Source: an uncultured virus (IMG/VR IMGVR_UViG_3300037418_002719)
Lineage: Duplodnaviria; Heunggongvirae; Uroviricota; Caudoviricetes
Virus record (IMG/VR): IMGVR_UViG_3300037418_002719
DNA length: 20,000 nt
Reading direction: 5' to 3' (one strand)
Shown: positions 1 to 8,520 of the stretch, piece by piece
Layout: every line of letters begins with the position of its first letter
How positions within the stretch are numbered: the first letter of the stretch is position 1
Translations under genes and position numbers: made by a program
The notes under the pieces: model-generated
What the model was told of the DNA's origin: nothing
Database searches by the model: none
Seen by the model: only the letters and a program-made list of their open reading frames with translations

Positions 1-1880
1 CGGGTCGCCGAACCAGTGATGTGGATGAGGGCCTTGAATCCGTCAACCATCACACGGACGGCGTTCTTCGCGCCGACCGACTTCGAGGCCTTGTTGACGT
101 TGTCGGCCCAATCGGAGAAGCCCCTTGATAGGCCAGGTAGATAGTTGGAGAAGTCAGACGCGATGTGACCGAAAGCAGCACCCAATGAGACCAAGCCGTG
201 CAGGAGCGGCGTCAACGATCGGTTGGCGTTCTCGAAAATATTGTTGAGGGTGTCGCGTCCGCCCTTGCTGCGCAGACGCTGGAACGCCTCGGTGATGCCA
301 TCGGCGGCGCGCGTCATGAACCCACGCGTGCGAGCCGCGAATGACGGCAGCAACTTGTCAGCAGTCTTGATGCCCTCACTGAAGACCTGACCGAAAGCCT
401 TATCGGCGGCTGGGCGTGTCGCAGACTGGAATGACTTCTTGAGCTTCTCCAGCCCCTTGAAGGCCTCCGCGGTCTGCTTCGGCATGTGAGCGAAGACAGA
501 GTTCAACTGCTCCTGGGCAGTCTTGGCCTGCTTGGACTTACTGCCGTACTTGGCGACCGCGTCGTTGTACTTCTTCTGCGCTGCGAACGCGAGCTTCAGG
601 TTGTCCTTGACCGGCTTCAACGCGATCGCAGCGCCCGCGACGAGCGGAACGAATCCGGTCAACGCCGCCGTGCCCAGCCCGACGCCCCCAGCGAGGCCAA
701 CACCGATCGCGCCAGCGAGTGCCCCAACCGCACCAGCGACGCCGATGACGACAGGTCCGAGCAGTGTCAGTGCTCGTACAGCGCCTCCGATTGTTGACGT
801 GAATGGGCCAAGACGCACCGTGGTATCTGAGAGCGCTGCCGCCCAACGTGACAACGCCTTTGTTCCACGTTCATCGACATCGAACGACAGGTGAGGCGGC
901 GGATGACCGAGACGATGCAGTCGCTCTTCGAGCCGGCTTAGTTCCTCGTCGTGAGCCTCAATCTTGATGTCGATCTTGTCGCGCTCGTGCTTGTCGATGA
1001 AGATGCGGTTACGCTTGTCGACGAGCTTTTGACGGCGCTCAAGCAGATCGACGTAGCGGACCGTGTCGCGCTTCACTGTCTGAAGCTCGCGCTCACGTCG
1101 CGCGGCGGCGTCACTGACCGCCCTCTCTTCAATCCTGGCGGCTCGTACGGCGGCCTTGACCCGCTCATTCTCGGTCTTGATTTCCGCGGCGCGGGCACGC
1201 TCAGATGCGCGCGCGGCGCGGGCCGCAGCCTGCTCGCGGGCGCGTAGATCCTTCGCCTCGGCGTCACGGATCGCCTTTGCGGTCTTCTCGAACTGACGCT
1301 GCTTCTCGTATTCGGCGCGCCGTGTTGCCTCAACAGCCGCGGCAAGGCGCTTCTGCTCGGCCTTGACCTCGGCCTCACGTGCCTTCTTGCCTACCTCGGC
1401 GCGCTTCTTGGCCGCATCCTCGGCGGCGCGGACCGCGTCTTGCTCGGCCTTCTTGATCGCGTCGGCGGTCTTCTTGGCCTGCGCAGTACGAAGCTGTGCG
1501 ATCTTCTTCTCGTTATCCGCTACCGCCTTGACGCGATCCTCGTCAAGCTGCGCGATGCGGTTGAAGGCCTTGACGTTCTCGGCCTCGTACTGCTTGATGC
1601 GGCGCGACGCGTTCGCGAACCCAGCGTTGGCCTTACGGATATCGACGTCGAGCGTAGCTGTTGCGCGCTCGCGGTCCCAGCGCTCCTTATCAGCCTGCGC
1701 CTTGCGTAGCTTGGCGTAGAACTCAGAGGTGTTGGCACCCAGACGTAGCTCAGCTTCCTTGCGATCAAGCTTCGCCATCGTTCGGTCGAACTGAGCTTCG
1801 ACCTCCTTGAGTTCACGGCCAACGTTGCTGTCGACTTCGACAACGATCTTACCGTGTCCTAGGATTTCCTCTCCTGCCAT
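1..1880 (-). CDS. Tape measure protein (5' part; runs off left edge)
   Basis: ATG at 1880 with SD GGAGGAGG; reads MAGEEILGHGKIVVEVDSNVGRELKE..., open to the window edge; long A/K/E/R helical region then a Gly/Ala-rich hydrophobic stretch (LTLLGPVVIGVAGAVGALAGAIG); directly after the tail chaperone. Absent from the ORF track because it has no stop in the window. Confidence 0.92.
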   Translation of the reverse strand, partial: MAGEEILGHGKIVVEVDSNVGRELKEVEAQFDRTMAKLDRKEAELRLGANTSEFYAKLRKAQADKERWDRERATATLDVDIRKANAGFANASRRIKQYEAENVKAFNRIAQLDEDRVKAVADNEKKIAQLRTAQAKKTADAIKKAEQDAVRAAEDAAKKRAEVGKKAREAEVKAEQKRLAAAVEATRRAEYEKQRQFEKTAKAIRDAEAKDLRAREQAAARAARASERARAAEIKTENERVKAAVRAARIEERAVSDAAARRERELQTVKRDTVRYVDLLERRQKLVDKRNRIFIDKHERDKIDIKIEAHDEELSRLEERLHRLGHPPPHLSFDVDERGTKALSRWAAALSDTTVRLGPFTSTIGGAVRALTLLGPVVIGVAGAVGALAGAIGVGLAGGVGLGTAALTGFVPLVAGAAIALKPVKDNLKLAFAAQKKYNDAVAKYGSKSKQAKTAQEQLNSVFAHMPKQTAEAFKGLEKLKKSFQSATRPAADKAFGQVFSEGIKTADKLLPSFAARTRGFMTRAADGITEAFQRLRSKGGRDTLNNIFENANRSLTPLLHGLVSLGAAFGHIASDFSNYLPGLSRGFSDWADNVNKASKSVGAKNAVRVMVDGFKALIHITGSAT

Positions 1881-1902
1881 CTGGGTGCCTCACCTCCTCC
1901 TA

Positions 1903-2124
1903 TTACTTAGCCGCAGCGCGCAGGCGATCCAAGCCCTCGCGGTCGTTCTTCCAATCCTCGACCTCGCGCCGCTTCTCTGCGTCCTTAGCCTCCTTCGCAA
2001 CCTTCAGCGACACCGCCTCCATGATCATGTAGTCGATCACGTCGTCAGAGTCCATCTGAGGCCAAGGACGGCCTGATTCCTTGAACGTCCGCCAGAGCCT
2101 AGTCGCCGTAGTCGAGGCCACGAA
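1903..2124 (-). CDS. Tail assembly chaperone C-terminal extension (gpT-like), probably reached by frameshifting
   Basis: Overlapping frame (...FVASTTATRLWRTFKESGRPWPQMDSDDVIDY...RAAAK) between the chaperone and tape measure genes; no convincing RBS of its own; +1 relative to the upstream ORF. Confidence 0.75.
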   Translation of the reverse strand, partial: FVASTTATRLWRTFKESGRPWPQMDSDDVIDYMIMEAVSLKVAKEAKDAEKRREVEDWKNDREGLDRLRAAAK

Positions 2125-2533
2125 ATCGCCGCCACTCTGCCGAGCGGTGCAGGCCTGCGATGTGGTTTCCGAGCGCATCGAGGTCGCGCTGGCGGGTTCC
2201 AATCTCGACGAGAAGCTCGATGTCCTCGTAAGGGAGGTCGGCGACGTCGTCGGCGGTGATCGAGGGCTCCTTGACCATCGTCGTGACTAGCAGTGAGAAG
2301 AACTCAGCCTGCTCGGCGAGAAGCTCCCGCGTGATCGTCTCCTTCTGAATCGCGCCGATTGCAGCATCGAGGAGATTGTTGGGGATCGACCCGTTCTTCA
2401 CCATCTGGGGAAGGTTGGGGATCGTGATTGTGACCTCGGTACCGCTGGGAAGCGTTACCTCGTGAACGCCGGCCTTCTTCCAGGCCGATGCGTCTCTAGG
2501 CTTCGTTACTACCGTCGTGTCGCTGCTGCTCAT
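2099..2533 (-). CDS. Tail assembly chaperone (gpG-like), 144 aa
   Basis: Position between major tail and tape measure genes; SD AGGAGG; N-terminal EVTLPSG motif common in such chaperones. Confidence 0.85.
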   Translation of the reverse strand: MSSSDTTVVTKPRDASAWKKAGVHEVTLPSGTEVTITIPNLPQMVKNGSIPNNLLDAAIGAIQKETITRELLAEQAEFFSLLVTTMVKEPSITADDVADLPYEDIELLVEIGTRQRDLDALGNHIAGLHRSAEWRRFRGLDYGD

Positions 2534-2660
2534 CCTGTGCCTCCTGGGCTGTGGTTTCTGAGTCCCGCATTCTCGCGAGTGACTGGACTAGCAAGCGGGA
2601 CTCCCGCTGTACTCGCTTCGCCTGCGCTAGAGCTAGCTCAAGCCGTGCGTTGTTGTCCAT
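2496..2660 (-). CDS. Small hypothetical helical protein, 54 aa (below ORF-track cutoff)
   Basis: MDNNARLELALAQAKRVQRESRLLVQSLARMRDSETTAQEAQDEQQRHDGSNEA; ATG lies 8 nt after a TATTCT -10 in the late promoter motif; fills most of the 2534-2752 gap. Confidence 0.6.
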   Translation of the reverse strand: MDNNARLELALAQAKRVQRESRLLVQSLARMRDSETTAQEAQDEQQRHDGSNEA

Positions 2661-2668
2661 GTATTAGA

Positions 2669-2689
2669 AGAATACACAAATCAGCGGCA
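2669..2689 (-). promoter_or_regulatory. Putative late promoter TGCC-N11-TATTCT
   Basis: One of eight copies of the motif; immediately downstream of a terminator. Confidence 0.7.
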
Positions 2690-2690
2690 T

Positions 2691-2722
2691 AAAATGAAGA
2701 AGGCCGCGCAGTGGCGGCCTTC
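2691..2722 (-). terminator. Intrinsic terminator after major tail gene
   Basis: GAAGGCCGC-CACTGC-GCGGCCTTC stem followed by TTCATTTT. Confidence 0.8.
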
Positions 2723-2752
2723 AGGTCCATGGCGGTAGCGAAGCGCCTAGGT

Positions 2753-3724
2753 TTAGTAGCTCGCTGTCTGGTTCTTCAAGGTCGCCGTGAGCAGGTCCGT
2801 GACGCCGGTTGCCTTCTGGGCGACGGCGCGAACCGAGGAAACGATCGGCCCGCCGGCCGGGTCTGGCTCAGCCGGGAACTCCTCGTAGGCGATCGACGGC
2901 AAGTCGAAGGCGATCTCATTGTTGGCGTCGAGGGTGAACGTGAAATTCGCCGCAGTGGTGAAGATGTTCGGCGAGATAGCGGTTCCCGTAGCGCCGCCGT
3001 AGTAGAACTTGTTGTACTCGGTGAGATCCTCGAAGAGCAGATCGAACGAGAGGCTGATCTCGCGCTGACCGGCGGTGATGTCGTAGGGGACGACGTCGTC
3101 GGTCTGCTGGCGCTCAAGGTTGTTCTCAACGGTGAGGCTGAACGAACGAATCAGACGAGTCGATGCCCCGCCGAGCGTGATCGCAGCGTTGTTGAAGTTG
3201 AACGGCACGTCCGAGTCAAGCGTCAGAGAGCCGAGCGGGTCGACAGTGAGACGCGTCGGAATCAAGCCCTGAACACCGACGGTGGCGGAGAGCGGCTGGC
3301 CGGCCTCGGCTGCGATCGTGATCGAACCGGCCTGGCAATCCTGGAAGCGCTCGAAGAGCGCGCCAGCGCCACCAATGTTGCGCCACAGGGTCAGCCACGG
3401 CAGCGTCTGCCCCGGCTTGATCGTGTGCGTGTAGTTCGGTGTTGAGCCAGTCGATACTGTGTTGCCGAGAACCCCTGTCAGCCAGAAGCCGAGCGACTCA
3501 GGGCGCACGTAAAGCTCGGGCGAGCCCTCGACGCCAGACGTTGTGATGTATGCGGCGGCCTGGTCGCGAGACGAGTCAGTCTCGGAGAGTCGGTCTGTTG
3601 CCAGAACAGGCGCAATGTTGCCGCCCGAGAATGCGTTGGCGAAGAGCGGCGCTGCTGCTACAGAGCCCTTGGCTGTCTGCTTTGCTCCCGCGATCCAAGC
3701 GGACTTACCGGAAAATCCTGCCAT
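2753..3724 (-). CDS. Major tail (tail tube) protein, 323 aa
   Basis: Position after the tail terminator, size, beta-rich composition and motifs (YTHTI, FSLTVENNL, REISLSF); SD GAAGGAG. Confidence 0.88.
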   Translation of the reverse strand: MAGFSGKSAWIAGAKQTAKGSVAAAPLFANAFSGGNIAPVLATDRLSETDSSRDQAAAYITTSGVEGSPELYVRPESLGFWLTGVLGNTVSTGSTPNYTHTIKPGQTLPWLTLWRNIGGAGALFERFQDCQAGSITIAAEAGQPLSATVGVQGLIPTRLTVDPLGSLTLDSDVPFNFNNAAITLGGASTRLIRSFSLTVENNLERQQTDDVVPYDITAGQREISLSFDLLFEDLTEYNKFYYGGATGTAISPNIFTTAANFTFTLDANNEIAFDLPSIAYEEFPAEPDPAGGPIVSSVRAVAQKATGVTDLLTATLKNQTASY

Positions 3725-3730
3725 CGGTGA

Positions 3731-3976
3731 TTACTCCTTCCAGTCGTCCACTACTGGGGACTCAGGTTCGGTGGGCGTGACTGGCTCGACAACTACTTCG
3801 ACGGCCGGTGCGTCGTCTACGACGACGAACAAGTCAGGGTACGAGGCCTTGATTGTTTCGATGACTACGCGGTCGTCGGTCGTGTACGGAGAGTTATTCA
3901 CCGAGAAGGACACGGTACCAATGGACACGTTGATGTCGCCGTTGGGTGCGCTGGCAGCCTTTGAGATCTTCGCCAT
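3731..3976 (-). CDS. Hypothetical virion-associated protein, about 81 aa
   Basis: Preferred ATG at 3976 (MAKISKAAS...) lies 8 nt after a TATCTT -10; the track's TTG start at 4006 falls within the promoter; acidic Pro-rich C-terminus. Confidence 0.7.
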   Translation of the reverse strand: MAKISKAASAPNGDINVSIGTVSFSVNNSPYTTDDRVVIETIKASYPDLFVVVDDAPAVEVVVEPVTPTEPESPVVDDWKE

Positions 3977-3984
3977 GACCTCAA

Positions 3985-4005
3985 AAGATACCCCACGGCT
4001 CGCCA
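3985..4005 (-). promoter_or_regulatory. Putative late promoter TGGC-N11-TATCTT
   Basis: Shares TGGCGAGCC-N6-TANNNT exactly with the protease promoter. Confidence 0.75.
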
Positions 4006-4014
4006 AAAACCCTA

Positions 4015-4467
4015 CTACGCGGTCGTTTCGATCAATGCAGAGTTGTTTCCCCGCGACTGAACAGTCATCTCAAATCGAGACTTGTTGCCCGTGGCGTCGG
4101 TTGTGTACCTGGTCATGACGACGTCGAAGTACCAAACGCCAGCATCACCGGTGATGCGCGCCGAGGCTAGCGCACGCCGCAGGCGCTCAGCCTTGTTGGC
4201 GATGATCCGTGGATCGACCTGTTGCTGTGGGTCGATGTCGGCCTTATAGGGGTCGAAGAACTGGATCGTACATTGGCCAACAAGCTCGATTCCGCGCGTC
4301 TCCTCAACCTCTGGGTAGATACCCACGTAGGTACGCCCGTCGGTGCCGAGCGAGGCATGCAGACGATCATGACGGATGATCAAGTACTGGATGTCGCTGA
4401 ATTCGGTTTGAATGACCACCTCAAGCGCGTTGGCGAGAAGCGTGTACGGGTCAGTCACTACAGTCAT
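4015..4467 (-). CDS. Putative tail terminator / tail completion protein, 150 aa
   Basis: Synteny (after HK97 gp10-like gene, before major tail), size, ATGA overlap with the upstream gene. Confidence 0.7.
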   Translation of the reverse strand: MTVVTDPYTLLANALEVVIQTEFSDIQYLIIRHDRLHASLGTDGRTYVGIYPEVEETRGIELVGQCTIQFFDPYKADIDPQQQVDPRIIANKAERLRRALASARITGDAGVWYFDVVMTRYTTDATGNKSRFEMTVQSRGNNSALIETTA

Positions 4468-4970
4468 CCTGGAAACTCTTCCTTAGCGATTTGCATCATT
4501 CTGTGTCGCGCTACTTGGTCGTACGAGGGGCGAAGGAACGGCTGCGCACGCGTGCCTGGGTGGAATACCCAAGCGCCGCTCTCGTCCCAGTTCTCATACA
4601 GTCGACCGCTACCTACGGGACCGAAATGCGGATTGTTCCAGACGAACTCGCCGCCCTTCCAGAAGAAGTGCAATCGTCCCTTGATGATGTGCGGGCTGGT
4701 TCCGAGTTCAACATATAGCGCATGTTGAGAGATAGAGTACCAGTAACCGCGAGTTCCCTCAGACGTGCTGCGCATTGAACGCCTCAGCGGAATGTCCCCC
4801 TTCTTGCGACCGCTGGCCTTACCGACGGGTGCCAAGGCGCGCGCTGCCTCCTCGCCCTCCTTGACAGTCCTCGCCACGGTGGCGACGGCGGCCTCGTCAC
4901 AGCGCGCGGCGAATCGACCAAAGTTGTCGCGCGCCATAACGACGCGGGACTTGGCCTTGATCTCAGCCAC
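4464..4970 (-). CDS. HK97 gp10-like neck / tail completion protein, 168 aa
   Basis: Motifs ARALAPV, HALYVELGT and HPGTRAQPFLRPS typical of the HK97-gp10 family. Confidence 0.88.
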   Translation of the reverse strand: MAEIKAKSRVVMARDNFGRFAARCDEAAVATVARTVKEGEEAARALAPVGKASGRKKGDIPLRRSMRSTSEGTRGYWYSISQHALYVELGTSPHIIKGRLHFFWKGGEFVWNNPHFGPVGSGRLYENWDESGAWVFHPGTRAQPFLRPSYDQVARHRMMQIAKEEFPG

Positions 4971-5629
4971 TACAATCGAGGGACGATGTAGTTCTGAAGA
5001 ATGGCCTGCGCGCGCAAAGGAATTGCCTCTTCAATGTCGGCGGCGGCCCTGGTTCGGGAATAGTTCTCGATTGATTCCTGTGTGTACGGACGGGTTGTCT
5101 CAGCCAATGCGTCGGCGATGATGATTGTGGCGCGCTTTACATCGTCGGGGATCTCAGGCCAGCCCCACGTTGCGGTGACGTTGACGATGTTAGGCTTCTG
5201 TGGCAACTTCCAGTACAAGGTGTCCAGGTTGTACGTGAAGCCCATCTCCGGAGAACCCACCCCGTAGGCGTTTGGTGCAAGCTGAAGCCAGCGCTTGACA
5301 GGGCTGTTGAGTGGATACGCAGACCACTCATTCACACTGAGCGTGGTCGCTGTGATCGTGTCGCCTGTCCAGCCGGACTGAACCGAAACATCCATCACGG
5401 TCTGACATTCGTCGATGTCAAGGAAGCCGCTCCCGTCGTATTCGTACTGACGCACGTCTGAGAACGGCACCTCCTCGCTGACATTGAACTCTAGACCAGT
5501 AAAATTCCTCACCATCGATGACGCAGACGCCACAGCAAGCGTGAACTTGTCATCGTCCGGAGTCTCCACAGTCGGCGGCAGACCAAGGGCCATCTTGAAG
5601 GTGGCGAGATCAATCAGCGGCGTAGCCAT
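4970..5629 (-). CDS. Head-tail adaptor (SPP1 gp15 / HK97 gp6-like), 219 aa
   Basis: N-terminal LIDLATFKMALG, ASSMVRNFTG; C-terminal VTATWGWPEIPDDVKRA, ESIENYS, ILQNY; synteny. Confidence 0.85.
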   Translation of the reverse strand: MATPLIDLATFKMALGLPPTVETPDDDKFTLAVASASSMVRNFTGLEFNVSEEVPFSDVRQYEYDGSGFLDIDECQTVMDVSVQSGWTGDTITATTLSVNEWSAYPLNSPVKRWLQLAPNAYGVGSPEMGFTYNLDTLYWKLPQKPNIVNVTATWGWPEIPDDVKRATIIIADALAETTRPYTQESIENYSRTRAAADIEEAIPLRAQAILQNYIVPRL

Positions 5630-5635
5630 ACTCTA

Positions 5636-5656
5636 AGGGTACTCGCGGCCTAGACA
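5636..5656 (-). promoter_or_regulatory. Putative late promoter TGTC-N11-TACCCT (leaderless, ATG 6 nt downstream)
   Basis: Motif copy; adaptor gene has no SD. Confidence 0.7.
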
Positions 5657-5683
5657 CGAAAAGGGCCGCTCGGAAGCGGCCCT
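5654..5683 (-). terminator. Intrinsic terminator after capsid unit
   Basis: AGGGCCGCT-TCCG-AGCGGCCCT stem followed by TTTCGTGT. Confidence 0.85.
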
Positions 5684-5708
5684 CATGAGTTTCGATTCGC
5701 TCCGTGAC

Positions 5709-6047
5709 CTAGGAGAGGTCCGGAACGTGCTCCTCGCCGGAGTCCGAGCCGACAGCGCGGACGTGCTCGGAATCACTGCCCTCGCCGGCCTCCGAGGAAA
5801 CCGGGAGCGGAGCGGCCGTCGTGCCAAACTTGGCCTCGACGACTCCGGTGGCGAGCGCCTCGCCCAGCGGGACTGTGATGCGGTCGCGCTTGGCGTCGGC
5901 GTCCTCAGGGATCTGAACTGCCAGCGACGAGTTCGGATCGAGGATCACCTCATCGGCACGGAACACGGTCTCGTGGACGTGGAGGTCTCCTCCGCCCTGA
6001 GCCTCGCGAACCTCGCGGACTACTGTGTATCGGTCTTCAGTTGCCAT
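5709..6047 (-). CDS. Hypothetical acidic protein downstream of major capsid, 112 aa
   Basis: ATG with SD AAGGAG; between capsid gene and terminator. Confidence 0.8.
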   Translation of the reverse strand: MATEDRYTVVREVREAQGGGDLHVHETVFRADEVILDPNSSLAVQIPEDADAKRDRITVPLGEALATGVVEAKFGTTAAPLPVSSEAGEGSDSEHVRAVGSDSGEEHVPDLS

Positions 6048-6065
6048 TGTTGATACTCCTTAGGC

Positions 6066-7376
6066 TTAGCCGTTGGCGAGTCCGACGCCGCCGATGACGT
6101 TGAAGGCCACCGGTGCGCGCGCGGCGGTGAAGCCGACTCGCTGCTCAGCGCGGAAGATCGTCTGGTTGCTGGTGAACAGGACGTGCGGCGACTCGTCGAC
6201 CGTGATGCCCTGGCGGTCGAGGATCAGAGCCTCGGAGAAGTCTCCGACGATGACGCGCGACTCGTTGGTTCCCGTACCGAGGTTGGTCGGGATGCGGTTG
6301 CTGGTGACGACCTTGAAGCCGAAGAGCGACTTGTTGGCTGCGCGACCCTGCTGGACCGAGTCCGGCCCAACCAAGTACAGACCCTGGGCATCCTTAGCCT
6401 TCAGGATGCGCGTCCAGGTGCGCGGGTGCATGACGATGGCGGTCGGCTCACCGTGGTTGTCCTGGACGTTAGCGATAGCGTCGAGGATCGAGTCAAGGAG
6501 GCCGCCGTCGTCGGTGACGGTGATGTTGGTCAGCGTGGTAGCGCCGAGACCAGGCGTGTTGAGCAGGCCGAGCGGCTGGCCGGTGCCGGAACCGTTGAGG
6601 AACGCTGTCTCCTCAAGGGCGACAAGGCGCTTCGCAAGGTCAGAGGTGACGAGGCGGTCGACGGCTGGGTTCGAGTCAGCAAGTAGCTGGTTCGAGATCG
6701 TGGCCAGGCCGGCTGCGGTGAAGACCGAGGCCGAGACCGTGGTCTTCGCCATGCTGGTCGACTCAGGCTTGGTCGCAAGCTCGGCGACCCATCCAGCCGA
6801 CGTACCGAGCGTTAGCTGGTCAAGCTGTAGCTCGTTCGTGGTGATGTTGAGCTTCGAGCAAAGCGCGCGAAGAACGTTGTCGGACTCGCGGACCTCGACG
6901 ATCTGACGCTCGATCTGCTTCTCGACGAGGTAGCCGCCCTGGTTGGCAGTTCCCTCAGTCATGGCCTTGCCGCCGGTGGCGTTCATGAGGCGCTCGCGCG
7001 CCGAACCGTCACCCTTGGAGGCTAGTCGAATGTCGTTGAAGAACGAGTACTCGCCCGAGTCGTACGGGGTCTCGTCGTCGGTGACGGCCTTACCGTCAAC
7101 GCGGCCAATGGCGAACGGGCCGATCGGCTTCTTGAGATCCTCGATGACCTCGTCGAGCGTAGTGACCTTAGCGCGTAGCGCCTTGACCTCTTCCTCACGC
7201 TCGCGATCTGCGCGCTCAGACTTCAAGCGCTCGATCTCCGGTGTGATCTCGTTCTGAACCTGCTCGATGAAGGACTTGACGTCCTCTGCTGGTGCGCCGC
7301 TCTCAGCCTTTGAGAGAAGCTCGCTTGCACGGCTCTCTAGGGCCTCAATCTTGGCAACGATTTCCTGAAGTTCCAT
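6066..7376 (-). CDS. HK97-fold major capsid protein with N-terminal delta (scaffold) domain, 436 aa
   Basis: N-terminal coiled coil, then GGYLV, AGWVAE, ISNQLLADS, FLNGSGTGQPLG, KDAQGLYL, VGDFS, FRAEQRVG. Confidence 0.97.
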   Translation of the reverse strand: MELQEIVAKIEALESRASELLSKAESGAPAEDVKSFIEQVQNEITPEIERLKSERADREREEEVKALRAKVTTLDEVIEDLKKPIGPFAIGRVDGKAVTDDETPYDSGEYSFFNDIRLASKGDGSARERLMNATGGKAMTEGTANQGGYLVEKQIERQIVEVRESDNVLRALCSKLNITTNELQLDQLTLGTSAGWVAELATKPESTSMAKTTVSASVFTAAGLATISNQLLADSNPAVDRLVTSDLAKRLVALEETAFLNGSGTGQPLGLLNTPGLGATTLTNITVTDDGGLLDSILDAIANVQDNHGEPTAIVMHPRTWTRILKAKDAQGLYLVGPDSVQQGRAANKSLFGFKVVTSNRIPTNLGTGTNESRVIVGDFSEALILDRQGITVDESPHVLFTSNQTIFRAEQRVGFTAARAPVAFNVIGGVGLANG

Positions 7377-7444
7377 AACTAGTGAGTAATCCTAGCTCCG
7401 TGCCTGCCACTTTGTGACGTGCGTTGGTTGATTCGACTCAACAA

Positions 7445-7465
7445 AAACTACACACATCAGTGACA
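7445..7465 (-). promoter_or_regulatory. Putative late promoter TGTC-N11-TAGTTT for capsid (about 60-nt leader)
   Basis: Motif copy; 14/17 identical (CTGATKTGTGTAKTYTT) to the copy at 2668-2684. Confidence 0.7.
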
Positions 7466-7476
7466 GCGGCGGGCCA

Positions 7477-8436
7477 CTAGTAGACATGGACACCGTCAGC
7501 GCCGCCCTCAGTGTTGTCGTGGACTTCCTTGAGACCGACGTGCTCGATAACCTGACCAAGCTTCCCGACGAGCGCATCGACGCGCGCAGCTACCTCTTCA
7601 GGAGACATACCGACGGTCTCCTTGAGTTCGCTGAATCGTGATCGAAGCTCATCAGAGAGGTGTTCAGTATTGATGGAGCCGTTGGCGATGTGCTCGGCGG
7701 TGATAGAGCCCGGCTCTACCGCCGATACGGCTGGCTCATCGACCTCAGGCTCGTCGACCTCTGGCTCGTCTGGTGTTTCCTCAGGTACCGGTGTTTCCGT
7801 CTCCGGAATTTCCTCGACCTCTGGCTCGACGACTGAGTCATCGACGACCTCGACGGCCGGCGCTTCATCGTCCTCGGACTTGCCCTCAAGTACTGGCGCT
7901 GACTCGAACGCCTTACCGGCAACGACCGCAAATGTCGTGCGAGGATTGACCGGGAACGGTGTGACGCTGATCTCGCCGAGGTCAACGTCGTAGATTCGCG
8001 GACCGGACTTCGTCATGCGGCGCTTGAAGATGCCGCCAACGGAGAACGCCTTGATGGTTCCGCGCTTGATCTTGTTGAAGATGTCTTCGGCCCACGAGCC
8101 AGCGGCTGGACGGTCAACGCGGCCTCGTACCCATAGTCCGTGCTCGTCAACCTTGGCGTCGGTGAATACACCAAGCGCCTTGTCGTACTGGTGGTGGTAC
8201 AGCATGATCGGGTTCACCGATAGGAAGCTCTTCAGGCCGCGCTCGAACGCGCCAGGCTCGAAGGCCTCTTCCTGTCGATCCACACCCCAATCGCTGGCGT
8301 AGCCCTCCACCCAGATGTCACCGTTCTCATCCTCTGTGACCTCATATGCCTTCTGGTCAAGGAAGAAGTCGTAGCGGAACTCCGCCTGCTGCGTTCCGTC
8401 TGGCTGAGTGGTGACTGCCTTAGTGCCGAATGACAT
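7477..8436 (-). CDS. HK97-family prohead maturation protease with acidic C-terminal extension, 319 aa
   Basis: VEGYAS, DRQEEAFEPGAF, MLYHH, FSVGG, EISVTPFPVNP; Glu/Pro-rich linker and C-terminal helix. Confidence 0.95.
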   Translation of the reverse strand: MSFGTKAVTTQPDGTQQAEFRYDFFLDQKAYEVTEDENGDIWVEGYASDWGVDRQEEAFEPGAFERGLKSFLSVNPIMLYHHQYDKALGVFTDAKVDEHGLWVRGRVDRPAAGSWAEDIFNKIKRGTIKAFSVGGIFKRRMTKSGPRIYDVDLGEISVTPFPVNPRTTFAVVAGKAFESAPVLEGKSEDDEAPAVEVVDDSVVEPEVEEIPETETPVPEETPDEPEVDEPEVDEPAVSAVEPGSITAEHIANGSINTEHLSDELRSRFSELKETVGMSPEEVAARVDALVGKLGQVIEHVGLKEVHDNTEGGADGVHVY

Positions 8437-8443
8437 AGAGAAA

Positions 8444-8464
8444 ATCGTACGTATTGGCTCGCCA
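8444..8464 (-). promoter_or_regulatory. Putative late promoter TGGC-N11-TACGAT (leaderless, ATG 7 nt downstream)
   Basis: Motif copy; no SD before the protease ATG. Confidence 0.75.
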
Positions 8465-8465
8465 C

Positions 8466-8498
8466 AAACACGAAAGGCCAGGTCAATGACCTGGCCTT
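8466..8498 (-). terminator. Intrinsic terminator
   Basis: 12-bp perfect inverted repeat AAGGCCAGGTCA/TGACCTGGCCTT running into TTTCGTGTTT. Confidence 0.85.
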
Positions 8499-8520
8499 GA
8501 AAGTGTTCAGCGTTGGTGGT

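Noticed and set aside
7730..7860. Short repeats in the protease gene (EPEVDEPEVDEP)
   Set aside because: Low-complexity acidic linker coding sequence, not a CRISPR array or regulatory repeat
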